A DNA stretch of 64,000 bases, taken from contig NMRA01000226.1 of assembly GCA_002633005.1 (NCBI GenBank), forward strand, positions 251,728 through 315,727. The letters run 5' to 3'. Positions 63,309-64,000 of the stretch are shown here, one piece after another. The notes below the pieces were generated by a model. That model was not told where the DNA came from. It did no database searches and saw nothing but the letters and a program-made list of their open reading frames with translations. A program made the translations under genes and the position numbers. The DNA comes from Phoronis australis (Eukaryota > Animalia > Phoronida). How positions within the stretch are numbered: the stretch's first letter is position 1; every line of letters begins with the position of its first letter.

Positions 63309-64000
63309 ACAAAAAAACGTTTACTTGGTCTAGGCTGTTTGCCGGTCCAAAATTCATTCACCGTGATTTTCTCAGGAACAAAAATCCAAAAACGTCCCAA
63401 ATAACTCAAGAAAAAGGTTTGTCTGAAACTGAAGTACAGGTGTGTTCATTTGGCACACTTCTCAAAAAGAAATTCCCACTTTCTTTGTTTTACCCTTAAT
63501 TTGAACACAGAAAGAAACAATCTCATTTTATAAACTGTGTTATAGGCAATTTTCAATGCTGTGGTGTATCACCAGCAACAATTGCTTGTAATGTGAACAT
63601 CTAACAGCTAAAAATATTGTGAAAATAAATACATACTTTGCTAAAAATTACCGACTCATCCAAATGAAAAATGACGAATTCTTGAACCTTGCATCGAGTA
63701 ATTCAATTGGAATTAAATGGAGATTTCCTTCAATTTTTCAGATATACCGAAATCGAGTCTTATAATTGTCGTGGTGATTCACAAGCCGTCATTAGTTTAG
63801 TATCCGTCTAAAATCATTTACATAACGGTAGCCATTTTTTCGATTTTCTGTTGTAACCCAATTTGGCTCCATGCATGAGAATAATTTAAATAAAGACTGT
63901 ACTAAGGTGACATCACCAAGTACGTAAATTTCCTTGAATAATGTGGACACGCCTCTCTTAAAGAGGTATGGAACGCAAAAATTCGAAAAAATATATTTAA

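Noticed and set aside
1-64000. Most 60-160 aa ORFs in the six-frame track
   Set aside because: They lack recognisable domains, often begin at non-ATG codons, and lie in introns or repeats. Such ORFs are expected by chance; the real genes are spliced.

Overview
AT-rich, intron-rich animal genomic DNA, probably from a marine invertebrate; the species cannot be fixed from sequence alone. Most entries in the six-frame ORF track are noise, so genes were rebuilt by hand from splice sites. (1) A minus-strand CYRI/FAM49 gene has 7 coding exons between 13855 and 3069, a likely 5' non-coding exon near 20.85 kb, and its 3' end off the window. (2) A divergent plus-strand gene has one ~1.35-kb coding exon (23863-25201) encoding a disordered protein with PP1 (RVxF), PP2A-B56 (LxxIxE) and NLS-like motifs. 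(3) A tandem array of secreted, Cys-rich TP53I13/DUF3105-like genes comprises two complete 8-exon copies (30061-43736, 50254-59631) and a third copy broken in exon 1 (63207-63308). (4) Transposon relics include a palindromic TTAA-flanked Kolobok-like element, an Academ-like element, a CATG-ended MITE family with 5-bp target-site duplications (TSDs), a tRNA-derived SINE family, and a degenerate THAP element that is contiguous upstream of copy 3 but split around exons 1-2 of copy 2. Tandem duplications next to single Ns are probably assembly artefacts. All family names come from recalled motifs, not database searches.
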